Source of the DNA: Pseudomonas phage vB_PaePAO1-KEN19
Reading direction: 5' to 3' (one strand)
Sequence record: PP456878.1
Length of the DNA stretch: 64,000 bases
Shown here: positions 48,982 to 62,766 of the stretch, one piece after another
Position numbering within the stretch: position 1 is the first letter of the stretch
Layout of the letters: every line of letters begins with the position of its first letter
Program-made: the position numbers and the translations under genes
Notes under the pieces: model-generated
Databases searched by the model: none
Told to the model about the DNA's origin: nothing
What the model saw: the letters and a program-made list of their open reading frames with translations, nothing else

Positions 48982-49527
48982 TCAGTCCTTATCTATTACT
49001 TCTACAGATCCAAATAGTAGATGTAGGGTATACATTAGATCATTCATACCGTTTTTGTGTTTAACCCAATTCTGGATCATTGAAACAGTATCTAGATCTA
49101 ATTTTAACTCATTAAAGAGAGTAGCAATTTCAGCGCGCGGTTCAATGAGTTGTGCACCAGCATCTGGTTCAGTAGCTAGTAACATTGGCCATTGGGTAAT
49201 TGAAATACGTCGATGACCCGTAGCAATGTATCGAACAGTATCTAATAGGAATTGATAATTATAACTATCAATATTACTATTATTGTCCTGTAGAATAAAC
49301 CAATTATAGTTTCCGCTAAAAAGACGAATAGCACAAGCTAGAACTTTCTTATGGAATTCCCAATATGCAGTTTGTGCAGGAAAGTTGGTAAAGATAAGAT
49401 ATAGTTCTTCAACTTGAGGATCACCGGGACGAGCAGTGAACCGTGAAATGGCCTGTTGTTGACCACCTGAGTAATTACGACCAAATGGGCGTACAGCATT
49501 AGTTGCTGGCATATCAATGTCCTCCAT
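48982..49527 (-). CDS. Hypothetical protein (181 aa).
   Basis: ORF. Its ATG overlaps the stop of 49527..50459. Confidence 0.45.
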   Translation of the reverse strand: MEDIDMPATNAVRPFGRNYSGGQQQAISRFTARPGDPQVEELYLIFTNFPAQTAYWEFHKKVLACAIRLFSGNYNWFILQDNNSNIDSYNYQFLLDTVRYIATGHRRISITQWPMLLATEPDAGAQLIEPRAEIATLFNELKLDLDTVSMIQNWVKHKNGMNDLMYTLHLLFGSVEVIDKD

Positions 49528-50459
49528 TAGTGACCAAGAGATAGTAGATCACGATGGTTAGCAAAGAACTCAGATGCGCGATCTTGGATCATACCTAGGC
49601 GATAGTTATAATCAGAGATACGAATTTCATACTCTTTAATAAGCTTCTGTAGGCGTGCATCCACTTTACCATTACTTTGCATTTCCCGCATTTCTTGTAA
49701 ACGTAGTTGAAGTGCAAGGAATTCTTGCTCAGCTTCTTTAAAACGTTCAACCTGATACTCAGCTAAGAACTTGCCAAATAGCACGAACGGGTTCTGACGA
49801 GGTGAGAAGCCATCCATGTTAAGTGGATCACGTTGAGCTATAGAGAGAGCACTCACAGCTACATCATAAGTACCTTCATTGACTTCAGCACTAGATGCAC
49901 GACTTAAGCGTTGTTTCAGTTCATTAGTCTTAAGACTCATTGCTGGATACAGAGTAATGAATTGCGCCATATTAGTGTATAGCCATTCTTTCTCAGCACG
50001 AGATGATTTTAATTCTGTAGCCTTACCTAATTTCATTGCTTCTTGTGCAATTAGATTTAGTAGTAGCTTACGGCCATAACGAATATAGAAACTAAGACCA
50101 TCAACAAAACGTAACATGTTTGCACGGTCAAAGGTTAGATTAGAGTTAGTAAACTGAATAGCAAATAAACGCCGGATTTCGCTTTCGATCATATCAAAGC
50201 TACCACGAATATTTGAAAGAGTATCCAGTACTAGTTTAATCGGTTCAGTATTAAAACTAATCGCTCGCCGTAGTTCAGTAGATAACCGCATACCTAAATC
50301 TGATTTAAGTTGCATATTACCAAATACTTCACCTACATCGTCAATAATTGGTGCGAGAGTTGCATCATATTCTTCACGTAATGAACGGATTTGATTTAAT
50401 AGTTCACGACGTTCAGTAACTGGTGCGAGTTCACGTACATAATCAATAATTCTCATCAC
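49527..50459 (-). CDS. Hypothetical protein (310 aa).
   Basis: ORF. Confidence 0.45.
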   Translation of the reverse strand: MMRIIDYVRELAPVTERRELLNQIRSLREEYDATLAPIIDDVGEVFGNMQLKSDLGMRLSTELRRAISFNTEPIKLVLDTLSNIRGSFDMIESEIRRLFAIQFTNSNLTFDRANMLRFVDGLSFYIRYGRKLLLNLIAQEAMKLGKATELKSSRAEKEWLYTNMAQFITLYPAMSLKTNELKQRLSRASSAEVNEGTYDVAVSALSIAQRDPLNMDGFSPRQNPFVLFGKFLAEYQVERFKEAEQEFLALQLRLQEMREMQSNGKVDARLQKLIKEYEIRISDYNYRLGMIQDRASEFFANHRDLLSLGH

Positions 50460-50466
50460 TCAGTCC

Positions 50467-51630
50467 TTAAATATTGGTAGACATGGTTTTATTCATCATT
50501 TTAAAGATCTCAGTGATATCCGGACCTTTATTCTTTTCAGCCATTTTAATTTCATCAAGTCGGTGAGATGTAGATAGATCAACCCCACGATGATAAATAG
50601 TTACTCGCTCATAACGGTCATCAATAACAACAAGCATCATTAGATAGCTATTGTCAAAGATCTTTTGCCGAGTGGCGAAATCATCAATACGACCATAAAG
50701 AGAATTAGAAGCAGCTTTAAGAGTTGAAGTTGATACAATCGCGATATTTGATGCATCTGCTAATGAAACCGTACCACTGCGAACTGATTGTTTCCAGTTG
50801 TTACGGCGGCGATCGGTGATTTGTTTATAAACACCTGATTTATCATTCATTAGAATGCGATAATGTTCATCGATCATATCTTGACCTAGAACGAAGTCAC
50901 GCCAGAATTTAATTTGACCAGTTTTTACTAGAAATAGGCGATGTAGCCAAGTATCTCGTCCACCAGCACTAAAGATGTGCGCAATAATCTGAGGACTAAC
51001 AGCGGCTGGAATTAAACGGATCATAACAGGAATTTTAGCTTTCTGCTTTCCTGATTTAACATCAACGTTAACCAGCTTACCAACGGCAAGGTTTTCAACT
51101 TCATAAATCTTTTGTGTATCACCACTAGAAATACTTTGTGCACTTGTACTTTCGTCATTCGCTTCCATTGAAGCTACCCAACGCTCATGTGAGTGTTCAG
51201 CGACGATATTTGGTAAATGCACAGGCTTCTCAAAAGACTCTAATGAAGGAAGACCATCAGAATACTCTTCGGCAGAGAATACACTAGTGCGAGTTACACC
51301 TGTACGGTTAGGATTAATAGTATCGAATACTTTTAAAGTATCAATCTTATCCACACCTAGAAGCATATTAACAGCTTGTAGATAATAACCAGTAAAAGAC
51401 GATGAAACAAATTTCATAACGTCTTTCATGTAAGGTTGATCAACTAAGGTTTGGTCTACGATGACCAATGGTTCAACACGAGTTGGACGTGCTAGATCGG
51501 TTAGAGAAGAAATCTCTACACCATTTTTAGTGGCTTGTAGGACAGTCTGCATTAGACCACGTACACCTTGATCAGCAGCAACAGTCATCAGAGCAGAACT
51601 TACTGCTCCGGCGATTACAGGTAATGGCAT
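50467..51630 (-). CDS. Hypothetical protein (387 aa).
   Basis: ORF. Confidence 0.45.
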   Translation of the reverse strand: MPLPVIAGAVSSALMTVAADQGVRGLMQTVLQATKNGVEISSLTDLARPTRVEPLVIVDQTLVDQPYMKDVMKFVSSSFTGYYLQAVNMLLGVDKIDTLKVFDTINPNRTGVTRTSVFSAEEYSDGLPSLESFEKPVHLPNIVAEHSHERWVASMEANDESTSAQSISSGDTQKIYEVENLAVGKLVNVDVKSGKQKAKIPVMIRLIPAAVSPQIIAHIFSAGGRDTWLHRLFLVKTGQIKFWRDFVLGQDMIDEHYRILMNDKSGVYKQITDRRRNNWKQSVRSGTVSLADASNIAIVSTSTLKAASNSLYGRIDDFATRQKIFDNSYLMMLVVIDDRYERVTIYHRGVDLSTSHRLDEIKMAEKNKGPDITEIFKMMNKTMSTNI

Positions 51631-51666
51631 TTTTCTCTTCCTATATGGGTTTGCAGAGAGTTATAA

Positions 51667-55638
<3,972 letters not shown>

Positions 55639-55641
55639 GGT

Positions 55642-55675
55642 CATAAGCCCTCCCCTAGGGGAGGGCATTATGTTG
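55642..55675. terminator. Bidirectional terminator (CATAA-GCCCTCCC-ctag-GGGAGGGC-ATTATG).
   Basis: Perfect stem between convergent genes. Confidence 0.75.
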
Positions 55676-55679
55676 TATT

Positions 55680-56969
55680 TTACATTGCATAACCACGTTT
55701 AAAGTCATCGATGACTTTATCAAATCGACGCTGCCATTCGCGAATAGCATCATTGAAGCCATGGATCTTATAATCTTCACTAACTACTTGTGCACACTTA
55801 CCATAATAGTTAAGTACGCAACTAGCTGCTAGATATTGTGCTTGAGAATATTCAAACATCGTATCAGTAATACGACGCATACCTTCAAGGGAAGTGTTGA
55901 TTAATTGAACAGACTCACCAATAGCATCAATAGTTTCTTGACTATAATTACGTGATAGTTGCTTTAACTTACGTAGAGTATCACTGCTATTGCGATATGC
56001 TTTTAACAAATCATCAAGTGGTGCGACAAAACGATCTTTTAACAGATGTGAGTTTTTCCAGAAATTCTTATCAGGGAAATCTGGAATGCTTGAACGATCA
56101 GGATACACTGTAGATAGTTCATTGCACCGGGTAGCTAGTTTACCAATCTCACGGATATTAGCGATAGGCATAAGTGCACGATAATCATCACCATTGTAAT
56201 TAACATATTCAATGATAGTGCCAACTAGCTTTTCCATTGTACCTAGTTCAGTACGTGCTTCATTATTAATATTAATGATTTCTTTCTGGTAGTATACACT
56301 ACCAAATGCAGCAGCATATACACGACTAGCTAGGATTTTAGGATCATCAATGATTGATTGTGCAATTGCATCAAACTTTTCTAGTAATGCATCCTTTCGA
56401 TTACCTAATCGATTTTTAACTAGTAACTCTTGAAAGAGAGTACGTGCTTGATCAACTGCCCGGACAATCTTTCCATAACGAGTTGCTACAACAACATCAC
56501 GCTTCTTAAAATCACTAATCCAACGCATCAGCTTAGCAAATAGTTCCATTAGTTTCTCAAACCAAGTCTTAAGAGTATTAATGATGGTAGCCATCACTGC
56601 CTCTTGAGAAATAGTCACATTAAGAGTACTACGGGTTGGTGTAAACATAGAAGCATATTGCTCAAGTGAAGCTACTGCTTTCTTAGGAGCTTCAAACCCT
56701 TCAGTGCTCATGCGCTTAACTAATGCTCGAATACCATCAACATCTGGTTTTGATACGCCTTCAAGTTTAGTGATTGCATAAATATCAGATAGCTGATGAA
56801 TCGCTTCGACAGCTACACACATCTTAGCTAAAATTTCAGGAGCCGAGGCACTTGAAACAGTCTCTTCTTCGCCTTCAACCATCTCTGGTTGGTTCTCATC
56901 AAAGAAAAGTTTTTCCTCTTCGACATCTACTTCTTTAACATGAGACATGGGTTTAACCTCACTCATCAA
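55680..56969 (-). CDS. Hypothetical protein (429 aa).
   Basis: ORF. Confidence 0.45.
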   Translation of the reverse strand: MMSEVKPMSHVKEVDVEEEKLFFDENQPEMVEGEEETVSSASAPEILAKMCVAVEAIHQLSDIYAITKLEGVSKPDVDGIRALVKRMSTEGFEAPKKAVASLEQYASMFTPTRSTLNVTISQEAVMATIINTLKTWFEKLMELFAKLMRWISDFKKRDVVVATRYGKIVRAVDQARTLFQELLVKNRLGNRKDALLEKFDAIAQSIIDDPKILASRVYAAAFGSVYYQKEIININNEARTELGTMEKLVGTIIEYVNYNGDDYRALMPIANIREIGKLATRCNELSTVYPDRSSIPDFPDKNFWKNSHLLKDRFVAPLDDLLKAYRNSSDTLRKLKQLSRNYSQETIDAIGESVQLINTSLEGMRRITDTMFEYSQAQYLAASCVLNYYGKCAQVVSEDYKIHGFNDAIREWQRRFDKVIDDFKRGYAM

Positions 56970-57408
56970 TACTACCGATTAATTGATTTAATGCATTACC
57001 CATGTCTGCTTGGATACGGTTATAATCTGGGCCATTAACAACGGCAGAGACAATATTGATATCATCGACAGTTAGATAATCATTAGCGGTATCAGATGTC
57101 AGTACAGCTTTGACAAGACATGGATCAGTAATACCGTTGATAAGACTTTGGCGAATGCGAAGAATATTGTTAAAATATGTTACGGCTAGTTTAGTATCAA
57201 CTGCAATATTCTCATTAACTTTACTTAAGATTTTCTTAAATTTAGCAACAGCTTTATCCTGTTGTTCATTGAAATCAAGTAAAATCTCAAATGGAATCTG
57301 TAATGCCACCGCATTAGCTAGGAGCATTGCGCGGGTTTTACGATCAGAACCACCTAAGTTAGGCAGTTGCTTTAGAATACGGGAAAGTTCAAAACCTAAT
57401 TGTTGCAT
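56959..57408 (-). CDS. Hypothetical protein (149 aa).
   Basis: ORF. Confidence 0.45.
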   Translation of the reverse strand: MQQLGFELSRILKQLPNLGGSDRKTRAMLLANAVALQIPFEILLDFNEQQDKAVAKFKKILSKVNENIAVDTKLAVTYFNNILRIRQSLINGITDPCLVKAVLTSDTANDYLTVDDINIVSAVVNGPDYNRIQADMGNALNQLIGSIDE

Positions 57409-57419
57409 GATTTTTCTCT

Positions 57420-58661
57420 CTATTTAGTTAAGCGGTAGGCTCTTACAAATAAGTCATTATTTAATAGACTTTCTAAAGTATCTTCTAATTCAGTAGCCCG
57501 TTTATCTTTACGACGCTGGGGACTAAGGAAATCTAAAATTTTATCAAAAATGGTCCACTCATTAGCTAAATCATTTATCAATGAATCAATTACTTTAATG
57601 TCATCATCAATTCCTGGTTTTAGTGATGAGTCCTTTACCCATTTAAGTTGTGCTACTAGATCTTGTTTAATTTTCATTAAACGTTGTCGTTGTTTGTCAT
57701 AACGTGAACTAATTGGATCATATCCAACTTTTAAATTACCGGCAATGATACCTAGTGTAACAGGTAAACCAATGATCATAAATAGACCTTTGAATACCTC
57801 AGCAGTAATATGGCTAGAAACAGATTTATATTCACGGTCATTATAATACCGACCTGATTTAGTTAATGCCGTTGCCAGTGGCCTTCCATAACCTAATCGA
57901 GTGGCGAATAAATCAGCTAATTGTTCATCGCGTTTACGTGATTGAACATCACCAGTTAAATGCGGACGTTGCGCTTTCTTAAATGATGATAGAATGACTT
58001 TACGAATATTTCCTTCAGTCCTATCATTAGCAAACTTCTCATAATCGGCTGGATCAACGTTTTTCTTTAACCATGTTTCATCCAATAATTGAATCTTATA
58101 CTTATTAGCTTTCCTACCCTGTAAGATAAGTATACCTTCAGTAAGTGCATAGTTAAGATAGACGTAGTCACCCATTGTAGCCAGTGTTTCCCAACAATGC
58201 CCAATTTCATGTAATGTAATGGCAGTAGCTTCTGCTATACTAACACGGTTAATAGCCGATAATAAACCAATAGATAAACCGACCTTGTATTTAAAAGTTG
58301 AAACAGCCTCACCCGTAACTTTTAAATTTGTTAAATCAATATTAATGAATGTATTGACACCTTGCTCAGTTGCTAAAGTAACTCGATTAATATTGTCAAA
58401 TTTACTACCAGTATGTCCAACTGTAAAGGATGTGTATGCACCACCCATTATACCCTGATCATCCAGGTGTGTAAACTCTATATTCATATTGAGGATCTTA
58501 GAAACATCATCACTCAGTGACCTAAAATCATTAATATCTATTCTCTGTTGATTATCTAATTTATCACGAATCTTGGTTAGATGTTCTTCGATCAATGGAC
58601 CTAAGTCACGCTTAACATTCACATCTAACACTTCATTAGAGATTTCTATCGTATGTAGCAT
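57420..58661 (-). CDS. Putative zinc metallopeptidase (HExxH) with a C-terminal hydrophobic segment.
   Basis: AITLHEIGHCWE contains HEIGH. The C-terminal hydrophobic stretch is FKGLFMIIGLPVTLGIIAGNL. Confidence 0.4.
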   Translation of the reverse strand: MLHTIEISNEVLDVNVKRDLGPLIEEHLTKIRDKLDNQQRIDINDFRSLSDDVSKILNMNIEFTHLDDQGIMGGAYTSFTVGHTGSKFDNINRVTLATEQGVNTFINIDLTNLKVTGEAVSTFKYKVGLSIGLLSAINRVSIAEATAITLHEIGHCWETLATMGDYVYLNYALTEGILILQGRKANKYKIQLLDETWLKKNVDPADYEKFANDRTEGNIRKVILSSFKKAQRPHLTGDVQSRKRDEQLADLFATRLGYGRPLATALTKSGRYYNDREYKSVSSHITAEVFKGLFMIIGLPVTLGIIAGNLKVGYDPISSRYDKQRQRLMKIKQDLVAQLKWVKDSSLKPGIDDDIKVIDSLINDLANEWTIFDKILDFLSPQRRKDKRATELEDTLESLLNNDLFVRAYRLTK

Positions 58662-58762
58662 TTTATATCTCTACCAGTATTAATTTATAATCATAAAGAT
58701 AAGGCTGCGTTGTATAGAATTCAATCTTATGCACTACGTATTATAAAAGAGGCGCACACAAA

Positions 58763-60277
58763 ATGTTTGAGTTATTGTTGTCTTCTGGACTAACAAATAC
58801 GCCTATATATTCCGATCCTTATCCAGGTCCTAAAACACTGATAGCTGGGACAAGGGAATTAGGTTTGTATGGTGAAACAACATCTTCAGAATTATTTGGT
58901 TATGATGATGCAGCTAAATTAGTTAATATGACATTTGGAACAGTAATCAATGATGGACAACCATGGTTAAAGTTCTCTAATAAAAATGTTACTTGTTACA
59001 TACCAAAGAAACCAGCTCGTAAATCAATACAAAAATCACGGCTTAATAATGCCGGACTCCGTAATGGTGACTATGAAGTTAGATTTATGGGGAACATTTA
59101 TAAATTTGGTTTATTAACAATGGCTGGTGCCACATCAGAATGGCAAAGGTTACTTTATAATGTTCACGTATCTAATTTAAATGGTGCTAACTGGCCTTAT
59201 AAATTTACAGATAATGACTTAGGTATTAACCAAGCGGTCGCTGGTGGTATTAGCACTGATGGTACTACTAACTGGGGAAGAGACCCAGGTAGTGATCCAG
59301 TTAATGACCAGCTCTATCGTGGCTACTATGCGATTGATATAACTAGCTCGTCAAGTAGTGAAACGGGTGCTGCAACCCAAGGTTGGCGTCCAGTGGTTTA
59401 TGCTAGTGGTACATATCCATTCGTTAAAGATAATGTTATTAAACTTACTGATTTTGAAACTGATAACGAAATGGCAGCAGGTGCCCAAATAGGTAACTTA
59501 GTCTATTATTACGGTGGTAAGAATAATGCTAATACTGCTCTACGTACACTGAATTTAGTCACGGGTAAGTTAACAACATTACAACCAACTGGTACGCCTA
59601 TAGCAGTTAAACAATGCTCGGCTGTTGCATTTAATGGTAAAGTATATTTCTATGGTGGTGAAAGTGCCACAGATGGTGTACTTACTAAAGATATGCAGTG
59701 TTATGATCCTGCAACTAATACATGGGAAATAAAATCACCAGGCACGATAGCTTGCCGGTATGCACGTGGAACTAGTCTTAATGGGTTAATCTACATATTA
59801 GGTGCAGCTGATACAACTGCGACAAATAATCGTGGATTTACATTAATGTACAATCCAACTACAGATACATATACCAGTGGTGCAGCATTTAATGATACTG
59901 GGGAATATACCCAAGATTATTCAGTGAGTATTTATAATAATAGCGTATGCGTTATTGGTGGTACGGTTGGTGCTGGTGTTAATACTGGAATCATATCGTA
60001 CAATCAAACCAACAATAATTGGTCCAAACCAATAACTACAGGTATACCTCTTGGTGCAGCTATTAATATACGCCCATCTGGTGAACTTTATGTAATCGCT
60101 GGTGAAAATCAAAATAACGCACCAATTAAGTATTATGAACCACGATTAGCACGATGGATAAATTTAGGTAATTTAGAAACTGGTTTAGTGGATGCAGGTT
60201 TTGCCAATACGTTTAATAATGACGGTAAGATTTATGTTCTAAACGGTAATCAGAATTTAAAATACCAAATTAGTTAA
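58763..60277 (+). CDS. Kelch-like beta-propeller protein (504 aa).
   Basis: Repeated blades end in …YYYGG / …VYFYGG / …IYILGA / …VCVIGG with conserved W/Y spacing. The N-terminal 240 aa are non-repetitive. Confidence 0.5.
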   Translation: MFELLLSSGLTNTPIYSDPYPGPKTLIAGTRELGLYGETTSSELFGYDDAAKLVNMTFGTVINDGQPWLKFSNKNVTCYIPKKPARKSIQKSRLNNAGLRNGDYEVRFMGNIYKFGLLTMAGATSEWQRLLYNVHVSNLNGANWPYKFTDNDLGINQAVAGGISTDGTTNWGRDPGSDPVNDQLYRGYYAIDITSSSSSETGAATQGWRPVVYASGTYPFVKDNVIKLTDFETDNEMAAGAQIGNLVYYYGGKNNANTALRTLNLVTGKLTTLQPTGTPIAVKQCSAVAFNGKVYFYGGESATDGVLTKDMQCYDPATNTWEIKSPGTIACRYARGTSLNGLIYILGAADTTATNNRGFTLMYNPTTDTYTSGAAFNDTGEYTQDYSVSIYNNSVCVIGGTVGAGVNTGIISYNQTNNNWSKPITTGIPLGAAINIRPSGELYVIAGENQNNAPIKYYEPRLARWINLGNLETGLVDAGFANTFNNDGKIYVLNGNQNLKYQIS

Positions 60278-60281
60278 CGAA

Positions 60282-60314
60282 ATAAACCCTCCCGTAATGG
60301 GAGGGTTTTATGAT
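60282..60314. terminator. Bidirectional terminator (AATAAA-CCCTCCC-gtaat-GGGAGGG-TTTTATG). Its core is nearly identical to the element at 7526-7558.
   Basis: Same stem and gtaat loop as the 7.5-kb copy. Confidence 0.75.
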
Positions 60315-60380
60315 GTGTCGAAGTTTATGTTAGCAGTAATGATCAATTGATAATATTTAATTAGGAATACCTTCCATTTT

Positions 60381-60721
60381 TTAATATCCTTCATTAAGTA
60401 GTTCTGCTAGAGCACGTGCCTGTGAAATATCAGTAGAAGCAAAAACATCAGAAAGATAGTTATCATGTTCTTTTGCATTCTGACGCAATTCATCCATTAG
60501 ATGTTTATTAGATACCGCCCATACTTTCCACAGATTTTTATAATCATCATATTTGGGATTATACCCGTCTAGTGGTGGTTTTCCTTTACCAGCTTTCCAA
60601 TGGTTGGAGTATATGCGATATCCTTTACAATCTAACTGCCAAGCTTCCTCAATTGTTCTGCCATCAGGAAGCCTTGCGTAAAGAGCCGAGAATCTTTTGT
60701 CACCAACAGATGAACATTCAT
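60381..60721 (-). pseudogene. Frameshift-interrupted gene. A Shine-Dalgarno sequence plus ATG opens a 29-codon ORF, and a 115-codon open frame with no start codon continues in the -1 frame. One extra A in the A4 run (plus-strand T-run 60695-60698) would fuse them into a ~120-aa protein (MNVHLLVTK·RFSALYARLPDGRTIEEAWQLD…).
   Basis: Hand translation of the minus strand. GAGGAGGA sits 6 nt 5' of the ATG at 60721. The long frame has no ATG, GTG or TTG until its last 25 codons. Confidence 0.45.
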
Positions 60722-60748
60722 ATCCTCCTCGGCGCTTCCACTGATATA

Positions 60749-62665
60749 TTACTTTGGGTTCTTATAGGTATTAATAAACTTCTCTAGCAGGGTGTCCATT
60801 TTAGGAGCACCCATGATCTTCTGTGTGATTTCAATAGCATTAACCCTACCACCTGTTAAGTTTACGCCAACTTCACGGCGATGGTGTTCACTAATTCCTT
60901 CCATCATTGAGAATTCCATCACACATGTTTCACGTGCAATATTTAGAATCTGACTAACGTTAGGATATGTCGACACGATGTCAAGGTCGGCGATATGACA
61001 GAAGATTAAGGTTTTATAATTCGGTAAATCTTTAACACACTGCAATCCATTTGGACCTGCCATGTATGATGGTAGTGTAACAATCCAATCATTATGGCCA
61101 ATAACATATTGATCAAGTTCATGCACCATCTGATCTGAACTTGAACCAATGACACATGGCTCTGGTCTATTCAAATACCAGAAGTGCATATCGTCACATA
61201 GTCGTTTTGGGTTAGAACTAAAGTTCTTATAGTCAGATGCCTTAGAGAATAGACTTATAGAGCGACCAAGGTCATTTACTTGTTCATCAAGTTGTTCTAG
61301 TCGAATGGAGTCGATGATGTTATAAAGACCATATTTGATTTTATGCTTAGTCTGCATCTCACGGTGCCAATCGATACCACCAAGATGTGCAGTTTCTTTA
61401 AAGGTTAACTTACCAAATTCCATTACATATCTAATAGAATCACCATAGGTAAAGTTATCATTTAATATAAAATCATCCACCGGTACCCATTCATTACTAC
61501 CTACATTTTTAATATATTTAGTAATAACGCCGCCTGGTCGGTCAACTAGTTGTTTATTAAAACCTTCAATAAAATCTTCTAAGTCCTTATCATTTTTAAT
61601 GGTCGTGGATTTATCGATGTTTAGTTCTTTTCTAAGAATAGACTCTAACCGATAGTTAGGATCACGTCCTTTAGCTAATCGAGTTACTCGATAAGTTGAC
61701 ATAGAATCGATACATTGAAAACTAGAGGGTGCTGTAATCCAATGCCATTGATCCTCCGGTCCTTTAGATTTAGTGACCCCAGATGCAGTGGTGGTCATAG
61801 GTTCATCAATCTTAAAATGGAAATACCTATAATTCTTAGGTACCGATGGATCAGAAAAAACATCAGCTGGATTAACACCATAGTGTTCTAATGTTTTTAA
61901 GATTCTACCAATGTCGAAGCTAATATTCCAGAATGCGAAGAAATCTGGTTTCCAGGTATGTAGTCGTTTAAAACATTCAATAATAATATCTACTGGTGTT
62001 TCAACAACCATTACTTCAATATCTAGACCACGTTCTTTAATTAGATGCGATAGCACCTCTTCTTTTTGTGCTTGTTCTAATGTCTCTTTCACTGGATCTT
62101 CAATATCACTAACCCATCGTTTTAAATAGGCTAAGAAAGCTTTGTTCTTATGTGTAACTGACATACAGATAATCTGACCATCGTTCTCAGCTTCATAAAC
62201 GTTGGTTTCGATGTCACCGCCAGCAACAGTGTTTAGAGAGATTAGACCAGGATAACGTTCTTGATAATCATGCTTCAGATAACAGGTTGAACTAACATCA
62301 CTGCCATATAGGTAAGGACTACGCGCTAGTTGACGAAGAGATCTAGCCGAATAGTCACCTAGGATTTTACTAATCTTACGTTTCATGTCAATTTGAGTTG
62401 ACATGTATTTAACTAAGTTACGCTCATATTCGTAATCTTTCTTTTCTTTATGGTTACGCATTCCTTTTGAGGTAATCCAAAAAGGACGCTGGTAGTTTTC
62501 CCACATCCTTAAATTATTTGCAGTTGTACCATCTTCAAAATGAATTCGTTCTTTAACGAAATGCGCATCTGTAAACTTACCAAATTGATCAGTACAATAA
62601 GTAATATGTTTGGCTTCAATGCCCTTAATCTTTTTCTTATTTGTAACCTGTTGTTCATTAGACAT
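60749..62665 (-). CDS. N-terminal half of a family-B DNA polymerase (3'-5' exonuclease domain plus palm motif A). It is a split or fragmented polB, and the C-terminal half with motifs B and C is not adjacent.
   Basis: Exo I is GGDIETN, Exo II is WNISFDIGRI (N…FD), Exo III is YGLYNIIDS (Y…D), and motif A is DLDIVSTYPN (Dx2SLYP-like). The ORF ends ~55 aa after motif A. Confidence 0.55.
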   Translation of the reverse strand: MSNEQQVTNKKKIKGIEAKHITYCTDQFGKFTDAHFVKERIHFEDGTTANNLRMWENYQRPFWITSKGMRNHKEKKDYEYERNLVKYMSTQIDMKRKISKILGDYSARSLRQLARSPYLYGSDVSSTCYLKHDYQERYPGLISLNTVAGGDIETNVYEAENDGQIICMSVTHKNKAFLAYLKRWVSDIEDPVKETLEQAQKEEVLSHLIKERGLDIEVMVVETPVDIIIECFKRLHTWKPDFFAFWNISFDIGRILKTLEHYGVNPADVFSDPSVPKNYRYFHFKIDEPMTTTASGVTKSKGPEDQWHWITAPSSFQCIDSMSTYRVTRLAKGRDPNYRLESILRKELNIDKSTTIKNDKDLEDFIEGFNKQLVDRPGGVITKYIKNVGSNEWVPVDDFILNDNFTYGDSIRYVMEFGKLTFKETAHLGGIDWHREMQTKHKIKYGLYNIIDSIRLEQLDEQVNDLGRSISLFSKASDYKNFSSNPKRLCDDMHFWYLNRPEPCVIGSSSDQMVHELDQYVIGHNDWIVTLPSYMAGPNGLQCVKDLPNYKTLIFCHIADLDIVSTYPNVSQILNIARETCVMEFSMMEGISEHHRREVGVNLTGGRVNAIEITQKIMGAPKMDTLLEKFINTYKNPK

Positions 62666-62735
62666 TGCTATAACCTCAGCACATATTGATATTTATCTAC
62701 GTACTATATTAGTGTCTAGTAAAAGTAATAATCAG

Positions 62736-62766
62736 CATAAAGCCTCCCCTAGGGGAGGCAATATGT
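62736..62766. terminator. Bidirectional terminator (CATAAA-GCCTCCCC-tagg-GGGAGGC-AATATG).
   Basis: GC stem with AT-rich arms. Confidence 0.7.

Noticed and set aside
60572-60787. 71-aa plus-strand ORF downstream of the Kelch-like gene
   Set aside because: It overlaps the frameshifted minus-strand gene and the 3' end of the polB fragment. The minus-strand reading has a Shine-Dalgarno sequence, an ATG and a long protein-like frame, and the plus-strand ORF does not.
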